DNA of 64,000 nucleotides from NCBI RefSeq assembly GCF_018977255.1, contig NW_024704743.1, positions 41,542,001 to 41,606,000 on the forward strand, written 5' to 3'. The notes under the pieces are model-generated. The model was given only the letters and a program-made list of their open reading frames with translations, had not been told where the DNA came from and did no database searches. This stretch comes from Callorhinchus milii (taxonomy: Eukaryota). Made by a program: the position numbers and the translations under genes. Shown here piece after piece: positions 25,601 through 37,670 of the stretch (within the stretch, counting starts at the first letter, position 1; the number at the start of each line of letters is the position of its first letter).

Positions 25601-27404
25601 ACACAATAATCTGCCATTTGAGTGCTCAGGGATGCTACCCTGCATGAGAGGCGCTATATAAATATAAATTATTGTTGTTTATCCAATGAAAATCTAAAGA
25701 AGTACTTTACTCTCTGTTGCATCAGCAACACTTTTAATATATACACGTCAAAAACTGTGAGATATGATGGATTTTGAAAATTGAGTGATGGACAAGATCC
25801 ATCAAATAGGGTATGAGCCCATTGAGACAATCATTCCTCTCAAACCATTGCTGTAGAACATAGAGAAAATTAAACAGCATCTGAGTAAATGTTACATTTA
25901 TATAAGTGGTCCCATTAACAGGATTCTCATTAACCAATATATTTTATAGTCTTTCGAGTTAAAAAAAAACAATTAAGCATAAGGTTCATTTACTGCAGAA
26001 AATGTTTGGAAAAATTAACCAGCAATATTCATGGATCAAAACTCTTTTGCACTGCTTTCCCACTGTTTCCTGCCATGCATGAGAAATTATCACAGATTAC
26101 TGCTGTCATAGCAACAACACAGGCTTAAGCAAATCCAAGGAACCCTGATAGTGATAGAAAAAGTACAGTATTTTGGGAGAGAAAAAATCCTTCTAGAAAA
26201 ATGAAATCTGTCAAGCAAGTTGTTTTTTTCTTTTGAAACCAGCGAACACTTGTTATGGGGCTGCAGATGCTATAGTTCTGCGCCCATAGATGAATAATTT
26301 ACTTGTTTGTTTAAATTCATGCTTAGGCAGCCTGTAGATGAATATTATAAAATTCTCGGATGAGCCTTTACCTTTGACAAGTTTGTGAAAAGGGGCTCAA
26401 ATGTTAAATAATAAATGAAAGGACTGTGTCTAAACAGAGATGTTAAGACTCAATTGCTTCTGTCAAACTGAAGATATCATTCAGCCAATGTTAAAATTGG
26501 AGCGGTGCTACATTTTGATGAATGCCTATCATTTTTTTTAATGTTGTCAGAAAAATATTAGATGATTCATAGCTCTGGGTTCATATTAATTTCTTTAGCT
26601 GAGCTAGATACAGCAAGGTCAGCAGTAGTATAACAAGCCTTACTATTTCCTCATCAATCAAATCATAATTTATTAGTGACTGAACAGTGAGGAGTCATAC
26701 ATTTACTGTACATATTTAAGTTTATGGAGGTTTCATTGGGTTTAAATGATAGTGATGGTGTAGCATCTCTGAAATGCAATTTCATACTTAGAGCAATTTT
26801 TGAACATAATTTTATGGCTGATGTACAAAATGGAAATTCAGTACATATATTATTGATTCCTAATGTGGAAAATCTAAATGGTAATTATTTCCAGGAGCAT
26901 TTTTTTTACATTACTGAGCCCAATCTTTTAATAACTTAAATCTTCTGTAACCTTTCGTCTGGGTTATGTTCCACTCCAGTCATTTTGGGGAAAGATACAT
27001 TTGTTAGATTTGTCGGTTGGAACTGTGGTAAATAAAATAGCATAATTCCTCTCAGCTCAAAACTTTAATATTCTTCCGTACGGAAGCTGCCTTGTTAATT
27101 GTTTTGGGCATGTTTCATTCTCACTGGAAATGAAACAGTAACATAGTTTCAATCTTATTCTTCTCAATTGCTTTTGATCACCTCATCAGTGGTTCTTGTC
27201 TTCTGAAATATTATTGCGATTGATAATTCCGTTTTGTCATCTTTTTTCACCATTTTCCATCATCAGAGGTTTATCTGCTCTGCTATACTGAATCTGCTAT
27301 ACACTTCATAGAAAACAATGCTTCCATTTCAATAGCATTGAGAATAACTTCATCTTACCATCAAAAACAGGTAAGGCAAAGACAAGCAAAGCAATGAGTA
27401 AGCA

Positions 27405-27765
27405 CAACAACAACAACAACTTGCACTTATACAGCGCTCTCCATGCAGGATAGTCTCAGAGCACTTAACAGTGGCGGAGCCTGACTCCGAGCCGGTTGGA
27501 GGTGGCCGTAAGCACCGTCGAACAAGAAAAATTTTCAGGTGGGACTTGAAACAGGGGAGAGGGGGCAAGGTGGAGGGATTGAGGGAGAGCGTTCCAGAGT
27601 TTAGCGGTGCAGTGGCTGAAAACACGACCTCCGATGGTGGGGCGGAGGTTGTGAGGGACGAGCAGGAGGCCGGTGACAGTTGAGCTGAGGCACCGGGTGG
27701 TGGATTGGGGAGTGAGGAAGTCGGAGAGGTAGGGAGGTGCCAAGGAGTGAAGGGATTTGAACACA
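27405..27765 (-). mobile_element. L2 3' end
   Basis: FKSLHSLAPPYLSDFL...IGGRVFSH...LWNALP, with a (TTG)n tail. Confidence 0.9.
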
Positions 27766-29869
27766 AAGTAATTAACTAACAACTGGAAATAATTTTCTTG
27801 CCTCAATTCACAGGTTGTTCAAGGTCAATTGTATCATCTTGGCTCATTTGATAGCACTCTTGGAACAAACCTCAGATTAAAACTTAATCTCATGGTTTAA
27901 AATGTTATAAGGTGCTGGGAGAGTGCTGCATTTTGAATGGTTTTATCTTCTTGAAGAAACATTAATCCCTAAAGAGAGGGAATTTCTTTTGTATCTTGGC
28001 CAACAGCCCTTCTGATAAATTAATTCATCTCAAGGCTGTTTGTGGGACCTTTGCCTACAAATGCAGTCCACTACATTTGGCAATGATTACTTGTGGAATG
28101 CATTGAGATATTTCAAAGGCAAGTTATTTTGTTACAATTTGACCTTTGGCCTATTTCATTGAATTTAAGAACCGGGAACATTTACGCCACATGGAAGGTT
28201 CAGCACTTCAATTGACTGAACTCTTCAATATCTACAGTGTCACTCCTTTGGTTGCTCTTTTTGTTATTACTCCTTATTTCCAGTACTCTCAGAATAAACC
28301 ATATAACTGTAATCCTGTTTTTTTTTACACTGATGCAAGATGACTTTCGGTCCTTAATGGAATTGGCCTTTTTCTATTATCTGTGTAAATCTGATTTATT
28401 ACACACTAAATCCTTCACATAATGATGGCTTTGAAGTCTCACATAAAACATGCTACAGTAAGGAGCACATTATACACTTAGTGTATTATATTGGTTATCC
28501 ATTAGCCAGGGAGACATAAGCAATGAGTGGTATATCAGAGATCATGATGAATCAGTGTTACAGTGAATGATTGAGGTCCAGCTGAATATTCCTTAAAGAA
28601 GTTCCATGTCATTTCTCAAATGTAACTTTGCAACATCCACAGATTTTAAAAATTCAATAGGTTATCCAGCAACTCCTGATTTACATGGGCTATGGATGAG
28701 AATATGTAAAATGTTCTTAACGTATTAAAATGCTTTAATATTTGAAAAAGAGCCAAATGTAGTTTTAAAATTCTTCAATTTCATTTTTATTGACCTATAA
28801 TGTAAAGGTTTTTATAATATACCTGTGGAATATTGAAGATAGGATACAAGTAAGTAACTAAGAGAGAATGGATGTTGCTGGTAGTTTTCCAATATACTAA
28901 ATCTATAAATCACATATTCGCTCAAAGAACATTACCCTGCTTCATATCCTGTAACCTTTTTGCCCCACCATTACAATAATGCAAGGATTATTACATTAAT
29001 ATGCATTTGCAAACTTGTTAAAAAAATGTCTGAAAATTATTATTTTATAGTGCTAGCTGTATGAAATATCCCATTTTTAGGCAAGATGACCCTGTAATAT
29101 GTTAACTATGGTTATCGTATATATTCAGGAATTGGCTAAGTAAATTCTGCCAGAGTACAACTTTAAGTGATAAGCTAATATACAAACTAATAACTAAAGT
29201 GTGAAACCATATTCAAGGTAAAACATGGGCTGAGATAGAGTTGATTCTGAATGTGATCCTCCATACTAAATATTCCACTGGTAGTTATCACCCCCCACCT
29301 TCACCCTGCCTCCCCTGGCTTGGTCAATGCAATTGAAATCCAATATGGGTGGGCAGTAATATGTGGATATAGATACTGAAAATGTTTATTCCTGCTCCCT
29401 AACATAGGGTTAGATGAGGTATAGGGTCACAGAGTGTGTCTTGGGAAGACCTGAAATGAGAAAGTGAGCAAAAATAATAAATATCCAAAAATAACTAATA
29501 TTTTGCATGTTTCAAAATGCATTCTAGTATCTCATGATATAATTAATTCTTGCTTGTTTCAATGCCAAGCTTGAAATAGATATCCACAAACCAAAATATA
29601 TATTTGGCTTAATCTATTGATCATCACTTGATTCCCATTTGATATGTTGTAATTATTTTTTTTCAAGAACCACTCATTAAGAAGCTATTCAATTTGTTTT
29701 TCAGCAACTTGTTACCTGTCAGGCGAACAACAAGTAAGTCAAAGGTAGAGAGATCCAATATTAAATTTGACTGCATCACATTTTTCTGAAGATTGACGTA
29801 CAGACTTTTGAGAAAGGATATTGAGTCTGATTCTTCAACAATAATAATTCACATTTATATAGCTGTAAG

Positions 29870-30100
29870 CAATCCCAGATTTCGGAGTTGTCTTAAGTTG
29901 ACCAAAGAAAATCGCAGACTCATGGATTTGTTTACTTCATAAAGGCTGACACAAATGGATGAAGGGCAAGGACAATTGGAAGACTAAAGAACAAACATTT
30001 TCTTCACCATGAAAGATAAAGGATGCTCTTGGTTTGAAGCTGTTGTTTCTAACAATACATTGAACAAACTTGCATACATGACTAAAAAGGTATAAAGAAC
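29870..30100 (+). mobile_element. Possible highly decayed hAT (Charlie/Buster-like) transposase fragment
   Basis: Across frameshifts it reads CLLH..KWMKGK...FF..KDK.....NKLAYM, loosely like LLH.EVRWLSRGK...KLAYL. Weak. Confidence 0.25.
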
Positions 30101-31200
30101 CAGAGATTTGGGGTTAAATTGGAAGTGCTGAGTTTTTGGAATGGAGTAGCTAACCTCAACCGATCTTGAGGAAAGAGAGATATGCTACAATCAACATTGA
30201 TCGACACACCAAGTTAACAAGTTGATTCCTCCATCAAAGTTATTGTATTGGCCTGATCAACTAATTGCAGTGAACTGTACTAACTTGTCATAAGCATTAA
30301 TTTTATTATATAAAACACATAACCTTAATATGTATAACCTTGCTAATCTTTATTAAAATTTATTATTAAAGCAAATTGAGAGTTTATGTCAGTTGATACC
30401 TCATTAAGTAGCCCTACATAGCTCCCTTTGTACAAGACAGTGTCTCAGAGAATTGAAAGCATGTACAAACGTGAGCAACTGCTTTTCGGTGTGGGGGATT
30501 GATTTGTGTCAAAGTGCATCACTTGTAGACAAATTTTCAGTCAGAATATGAAATACGGTGCTCTAAAATTACACATTTTTTGCCAGAGGTGTTGATTCAA
30601 GGGATATGTTTTCAGTTGTCGGAAAGATTGCCAGCAGTAGAAAAACAGTAGCGTCGTGTTGTTCAAATTGTTGAGCCATTGGATAAACCAAGTGAAGATT
30701 TCTAAAACCAGTTTCCGATATCAAACTTGGTCAGCATGTCATCAAAACACCACAGAAGCACATTATTCAAGGAGGGGATGAATCGATTAAACACTAATCC
30801 AGTGATAGATTAGCGTGGCCTCTGGACATTAAAAGATATAAAATTGATAACAGTGTAATCCCACCAGTTCCTCTGATCGCCCTCTTCTACCTAGAGATAT
30901 GACAAGCAATAAATGCCTTCTGAGATCTTCCTGTCAGCTGCGTGTTTGCCTGTGTCACAACATTTACATCATTTCTAATCAGTATTCTATTTTGCAAAGT
31001 ACTTTGAGTCATTAATTCTTTACCTGAAAGCCACAATATAAATATAAGTTATTATTTCAGCATCAAGGGGATGCTTGGTGGATCCATATGGAACGAACAT
31101 ATTTTCTTATAGGTTCACCCTTGATGCTGATATAATAACTTGAAATGCTTCATTGCCTGATTGCTAATTCATTAATTTGACTTACTGCATTGCATGTCCA

Positions 31201-31320
31201 CATCCACGTTTCGGGCCTGTTCTGAGGAAGGGTCGTGGACCCGAAAGGTTGACTCACTTTCCTTTCTCTATAGATGCTGCCTGACCTGCTGAATGTTCCC
31301 AACAACTTCTGTTATTGTTT
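31201..31320 (+). mobile_element. Penelope-like element pLTR remnant with hammerhead-like core
   Basis: tctgaggaagggtcgtggacccgaaaggttgac...tagatgctgcctgacctgctga, preceded by an inverted partial copy (acgtttcgggcc). Confidence 0.65.
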
Positions 31321-34300
31321 TCTTTTATGTGGAACTTGCTTTATTCCCTAGTTATTTTGCATAACTAGCATCAATTTGCTTCAGATTGATGCTGTTTTTC
31401 CATGAAATTGATGTTAAAATACCGAATAAGTTTAGATTTAAAATGCATCAATTTCATTCTGAACTCCACTCTCAGGAGATGGTTTCAGGAATTCGATTGA
31501 TGTGTTGGTTGCAGCATAAACCTAATTCATTCAGGAATTCAAAAAGAACTTTTAAATTTAAACAAATTGAGATTGAAATGTGTCTAGCTCAAAGCTTTTT
31601 AATGTTATTAAACAGTAGGTTGAATGGCTGCCTTTTTAACAACACTAAGATGCTCTGTGCCAGTTAACAGTTAGTTGAGCTTGCAATGAGCTCTGCTTAG
31701 TCCTGATGAGTGGAAGAGACAGCGGAACTGTAATTCCTGGTCCGAATGGCTCCTTAAAATGAATGCCTCCAGTAGCAGCATTGATAATAAGTAACAAAGA
31801 GGCCTTCCATTTCAAGTCAGGAGGACATCTTAAATTGCTTCATAGAATTTACTGAAAAGTGTAGTGACTGCGAATTTGTTAGGTGAACACAGCCAATTTG
31901 CCCACAGCAATACCCCAATAATGAGATTTATCTCTTATCACAGCATGCACACCTTTTCAACTGAACCAAAATGCAGTACATTATTTTAGTTTTGTTTGAA
32001 CTTTAGTATGGTCAAGTTCCCATTAAGACTAATTTTTCTTTGAGAAAATGAAGTCTGCGGGGCTCCATGGTAGTGATTATAATTGAAGTCATTATCAAGA
32101 TCTTTAATATAGGCACAGCTAATTAAACTCCAGATTAATCCCGATGGACTTTTATTACTGGGATTACATTGATCCAGCCACATTTAGCAATTTTCTTTGC
32201 TGAGGCCACCGTGGGCAAATGTTGTAATTATTGAGGTGAAAAAAAGTGGCAATTGATGTGATAATTATTGCCAGAGAAAATTTTAATAATAATCCTGGCA
32301 CTTGATATACATCAGGAGCACACATCAGGAGGGCATCAGGAGGGCATCTCAAAGCGCTTCACATGAAACACTGCAAAATGGAGCAACTGTAAATTTTGTA
32401 AGCGAACACGCCAGCAAAGTCACACAAACAGTCAGTCATGGTGCGAATGATTAATTTTACTTGGCAAATATTCTCCCCTACCCACCTCCCAAATTTTTTG
32501 AAAAGTATTAATAGTCAGCTGTTAAACATGCAACCATTGCAGCTGCCACAATGTTAATGTCAGTTTGGGGAATTCTGGCTTAGCTCGCCATTTAAAGTGT
32601 AGCACCGGATGATAATTATCACATCAAACACTGGATTCCTACTGCAGTTTCACTTCAATAATGTGAGTTTTATGGAACCTCTACATCTAGCCACTGATGT
32701 TCAGAAATTGAAGGTAACTGAACAGCAATATGGCAAAGCAACATTAAATTTCTAATACATAAAGGAATTCTAGTATATTGAGATAAAGCAATATTAAAGG
32801 GCATTGGAAAAGAGCAGGGAAGTTGGAATGGAACTGTTTTAAATTAGAAGTCGGATTTCCATAGTCATCAAAATGAATGATTTTCGAATTAAGGTTAGAC
32901 TTTTTGACAATTCTGTACTATTTTAAATTTTCAAACAAAATGGTCTTGCAGGCTAAGAAGAGGTGGAATTTCAAGTGTATTTGCCTTCTGTGCTGTAACA
33001 CGACTCTGAATCTGTCGTAATTCCTAGCCTTTTATTGGTACTTTCAGTTATTTTTAAACAGCGAAATAACAGGTATAGAATTTCAGAATGATTTTGTCTT
33101 TTTCGCAGATATGTTTGAGACCATTTGGAATAAATTCATCACAGATATGCCCATTCTTTAGTTGCCTGTCAGTGCAATTTCATCCTGATGTTGATTAAAT
33201 AGAGAATCATAGTACCTGGGAGCAAGTGACATAATAGTAATTCAGTCAAGGATCACTGTATAAACAGACACCAGTAAGAATAGCTGCTACATTTCCCCAC
33301 AAAAACAGTCACTCTTCTTGACAGTTACAGTACTACCCGTATAAAAGTTTCAATTGGCTTTGGCTTTACTTTCATTCTTTTGTCTTTTGTATGTCAACGC
33401 TGTGAGGCGCTTTGAGATGTCTGCCCGATGTGAAAAGCACTAAATCAAATGTAAAAATTATTATTATTTTCTCTTTCTTCCAGGGTACAGAATTTTTTCT
33501 TCCAATTTTAATTGGTAAAAATCAGTTTGTGTTGAGTTTTTCTATTTTATCCAAAAGGAGGAAAATGAACTCCCGCTGTTAACATTTTGTTTGCATAATT
33601 ATCACTTTGACCCCCCAAAAAAATGTTAAAAAGGAAAAAAAATAAAAAAGGTAAACAAATGTCAGTATTATCCAGTGAAATATTTTTAAAAATCAAAAAC
33701 AAAAAGTTCCAGGCTGCATATAATGAATGGTCAAATCAGGTTTTCATAAAGGGATTTCATTATTTGAAATTTAACTTCAAAATTGTTTCTGTCAATCAAA
33801 AATCTGATGATTGACATTCTGGCTTCAGTGATACGATCAGGTCAGTCACTGAACATGAATTTATTCTGGTTTATATTCCTTCTTTATCCAACATTACCCA
33901 AATGAATTGGCTCCTCATCTCATTGTTGTTTGTCGAATTATACTTGCGTAAACTAGCTGCTGCATTTGTCTTAATAGCAACATTCAACTTCAATTGTTAT
34001 ATATGTCGTTTTGTAAAACGCTTCAAGATGTTTTTGTTACCTGAAAGGACTGAAATAAATAACAATTGTTCTTGCAACAACTCCTCATGTCTAAGTTGCC
34101 AGATTCTTACTCAATGGGAAGGGACTTGAAAGAAATTTAGTGTCTGTAAAATGTTGTGTTTTTTATGTTTTAAAACTTATTTCATTTCCTTTTGTAACCA
34201 AAAAACAAATTACCTTTTTAAAAAAAGTAAAAGAAAGTGCAGTTGTTTGAGATAATGAAGTGTGTTACATTTTTGCATATATGTAATCAAATGAAGTAAA

Positions 34301-36769
34301 GCTGAATTTAATAATGAAAGAGGCAGTTAACATTGCGGGAGAAAAATGAAAGCATTTGAATAGAATTAGATGCTCTAAGTAAATAATCATTTCATTTCCT
34401 TTCACTTATTTAGATTATCTTCCATCAATGAAAGTCGCACCATGGTTTTATTGCAGCAGTACAAGATAATCACTACTTTATCACACAATGTCCAACCACT
34501 GTAAATTGCAAATGAGAAGCGTATTCGGATTATAGAATCTCTGAGAGCTCTTTTATTTCTAAATTTCCAAGCAATAATGAAATAATTAGCGGTGGCATTT
34601 CAACAAAAGGAATGACAATCTTTCAATGCATTTTAAATAGAAGGCAATTTTAGACAGCCACTCAGTGTGAGATCTACTTTCAGTCCATGGGTGTTTCTAT
34701 TTACCTCATTTGTGTGCATTTGTAAGCAGTAAAACTGTTTTATTTATTGCAATAAAATAACACCTTCACCAAAGAAAGAGCAAGTTATATCTCAATTCCC
34801 CTCTGCACATCCACGATACCTTACATATTAAAGGTTATAGCTACCACTTCTCAGCAGAGCCTGTTGATTGCTATCTGGCTCTTAGCTCTTTGAGTCTGAA
34901 TTATTTTCAGCTGGTCTTATTAATTTTTAATTTGCTATTGTCATCTCTTCCTCATAAATTCATGCATATCTCAACACAACATATTCATGCCCTTGCACCC
35001 TTCATATTCTGTCCAGGAAATGAGTGAACTGTTTGGATGTGAGCATGGCTATGACTTGATAAAGACTGAAGGAATGTAAAATTGAAAACATACAGGCCAA
35101 GGCCACTGCCAAGTGTGAAATTGAAACATACACAACCCAGAAGGTCTCTGCTTTGATTCCCAGTCTGTTTCAAGCTAACTCCTTGAAAGCAAGATAGCAG
35201 TAGAGGTGATAAAAAATGAGCCACAATTGCTGCTACTTATGTTTATCCACTGACAGCACTTTCCTCCCTCCCCCCAATCCCCCACCCTAATGAATGTTGC
35301 AGAAGAATGGGATTGGCCTTTTCTGTATTACAACAACAAGAACAACAAAATTACATTTGTAAAGCATCTTTCACGTCGGGAAGGCATCCTATTATTCACA
35401 AAGCTTGTGACCCTAATATTGTAGGTTATAATAATAAATAATAATCCCTGCATTTGATATCGCGCCTTATCACATCTTCAAGACATCTTAAAACGCTTCA
35501 CAGAACATACAGTAAAATGTAGTGACTGTGTATTTTGTAACCGAAAGGTTTGCACATGCAAAGAACATCCACTTGGATGTGGTACCAGTGGATATTCGGC
35601 AGCTGTGGTTTCACTCCGCAGGTGAAACCTCCAAGATAGCCGCCTACATGTTCACTCTCACAATTAAAGAACTCTAGAGCGCAGACTAACATCATGCCTG
35701 TGCTGTCTCCTTAAAAGAACAATCAAGGAGCACAATACTATTTTCCTGCCTTCTCCCCATAATCATATAAATGATTCCTTTTTAGTTATTTATCTAGTTA
35801 TGACTAGAAAACTAAATATAATTATTGACTAGTTTAAATGCAATTTATAATTGTCACATCAAATGCTGCATTTTCTACCCTGGCATTTCACATAATACAT
35901 ATGCTTACAGCTGCTACTTTTTTGCCACAGTATTTATTTTGCTAAATAAGAAAATGTTTTGTGCAGACTCTGGCAGTGGGCGCTCTTTCATTTGAAAGTG
36001 AATAAATCCAGTGAATAAGAACACAAAAAAAAACAAGGGTTTCATCATCTAAGCCATGTGGTAATCGTAGCCACATTACAACAACACATTATAAAACACT
36101 TTTTGCAGCTATTTGTGCTTTAAATGCTATTTAATGTCCTAGTATTCTACCACTGGGTGTAAGTTGTCTTTGTGGTACTATCATATGTGTGGAAAGGACA
36201 GATGAGCTAAGGGAATGAACCTGTGAACCTGAATGTTATAACTCTTTTATCCATAATTGATGAGGAACATGTAACACCAAAGCAGACAGCATTAATAAAG
36301 ACAGCACAGGTAGCTCTGCCAGAACGAAAAAGAAAACTAAATAGGGGGATAGTGCTTCTATCTCCACTAGGATTTCTGTTTTTGAAAGGTTTCCCAGTCA
36401 GAGAACAAATATGAATGGGCTTTACTTTGAGAAAATGGAAACCAACATCACAACAATGCCCACTAGGCAATTCGAGCTTTGCAACTTAGTTGAGGGAAAG
36501 TAAGAATGATTGACTATAGCTGGTGGAACAATAGTATAAACAGTTACTTCCACACCAACACAGGCACATTTCAGCAGCACTGCCCCGCTCGACCTCAGCA
36601 GTAAACAGATGAATAGGAAACTGAAATATGTGCAAAAAAATGAAAATAAAGTATATTGTAGACAAATTAAAATTTAAGTATTTATTGCCTGCATAATGGG
36701 TTAAAATTAAATGCCCATACAACAGACCCATGTGGGTATCCTTGTATTATGTAAAGTTGGCGTCTGACC

Positions 36770-37670
36770 CAACAGGCACTAGGAGAGATCCATCTGCACG
36801 GAGGCTGGAATAGCTGGCAGGAGACGTGGATCAGATTGAAGGCCTTAATAACCGAATCTGCTGGGAGGAGGTAGACTCCGCTCTGCAGTGCCAATGGCAA
36901 GGCAGCTGGTGTGGACTGCATTGATGCTGAATTACTAAAAGCTGCTCTAAGGAAGGAGATGGAGAACAGTGAGGATCTTACAGGTCCAAGCCAGGAACCT
37001 CCATCTCACCTGGAACCGGGATTTTATCCAGAATGTGTACTCCAGCTCCAAGATCTGTGCTGGAGTTGACAGTGGACTTACCGAGCACATCCCTCTGGAA
37101 AGGTGGGTAAGGCAAAGCTGCCCATTGTCACCCACCCTTTTCAATATGTTCATCAACGACCTGTTGGATGACATCGAGGGGGAAGAATGTGTTGGATATA
37201 TTTGTTCCATGCTTCTCTGACAGGATTGCAGTGCTTCTGTTTGCAGATTATATTTGCTGCTTGGGACTTTCTGCGCTGCGTCCGCCATCTTGATCACTGG
37301 GCCAGACGGTGGGCCATGGTGGTGGGTGCCCCCAAGTGCGGAATCGTGGTTCTGCATAGCCCAAGGGACGACATCGAGGGAATTGATTGGAAGATACGAG
37401 GGGCATCTCATATCAGTCTTAATTGTTGACCTCTTATTGGTACCTCGAGGTTGACCCCAACTTCAGCCTGGACACTCTCCTGAAGGACTGCGCTGAGAAG
37501 GGGCGAAGGGCACTCTGGTCATGCTCATCCTGCTTGGAGGACAGTAAGATCCCAATACAGTCAAGCTTGTGGCAAACAAGGCCTGTGTGCAAGCATTCCT
37601 CTTTTATGGATCTGATCTCCTAAGGATGCAGTGGAGAAACCTCTGCCGACCCATCTGCAAAGTCTAGTTT
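36770..37670 (+). mobile_element. Non-LTR retrotransposon RT fragment, RTE/RTEX-like, not L2 or CR1
   Basis: LNNRICWEEVDSAL..NGKAAGVDCIDAELLK; VRQSCPLSPTLFNMFINDLL; VLLFADY; WAMVVGAPKCGIV. Frameshifted and internally deleted. Confidence 0.85.

Noticed and set aside
33109..33161. Plus-strand terminal exon candidate (DMFETIWNKFITDMPIL*)
   Set aside because: The acceptor is strong, but other plus candidates (5414-5455, 23933-23987) do not give a supported chain or a recognisable protein.
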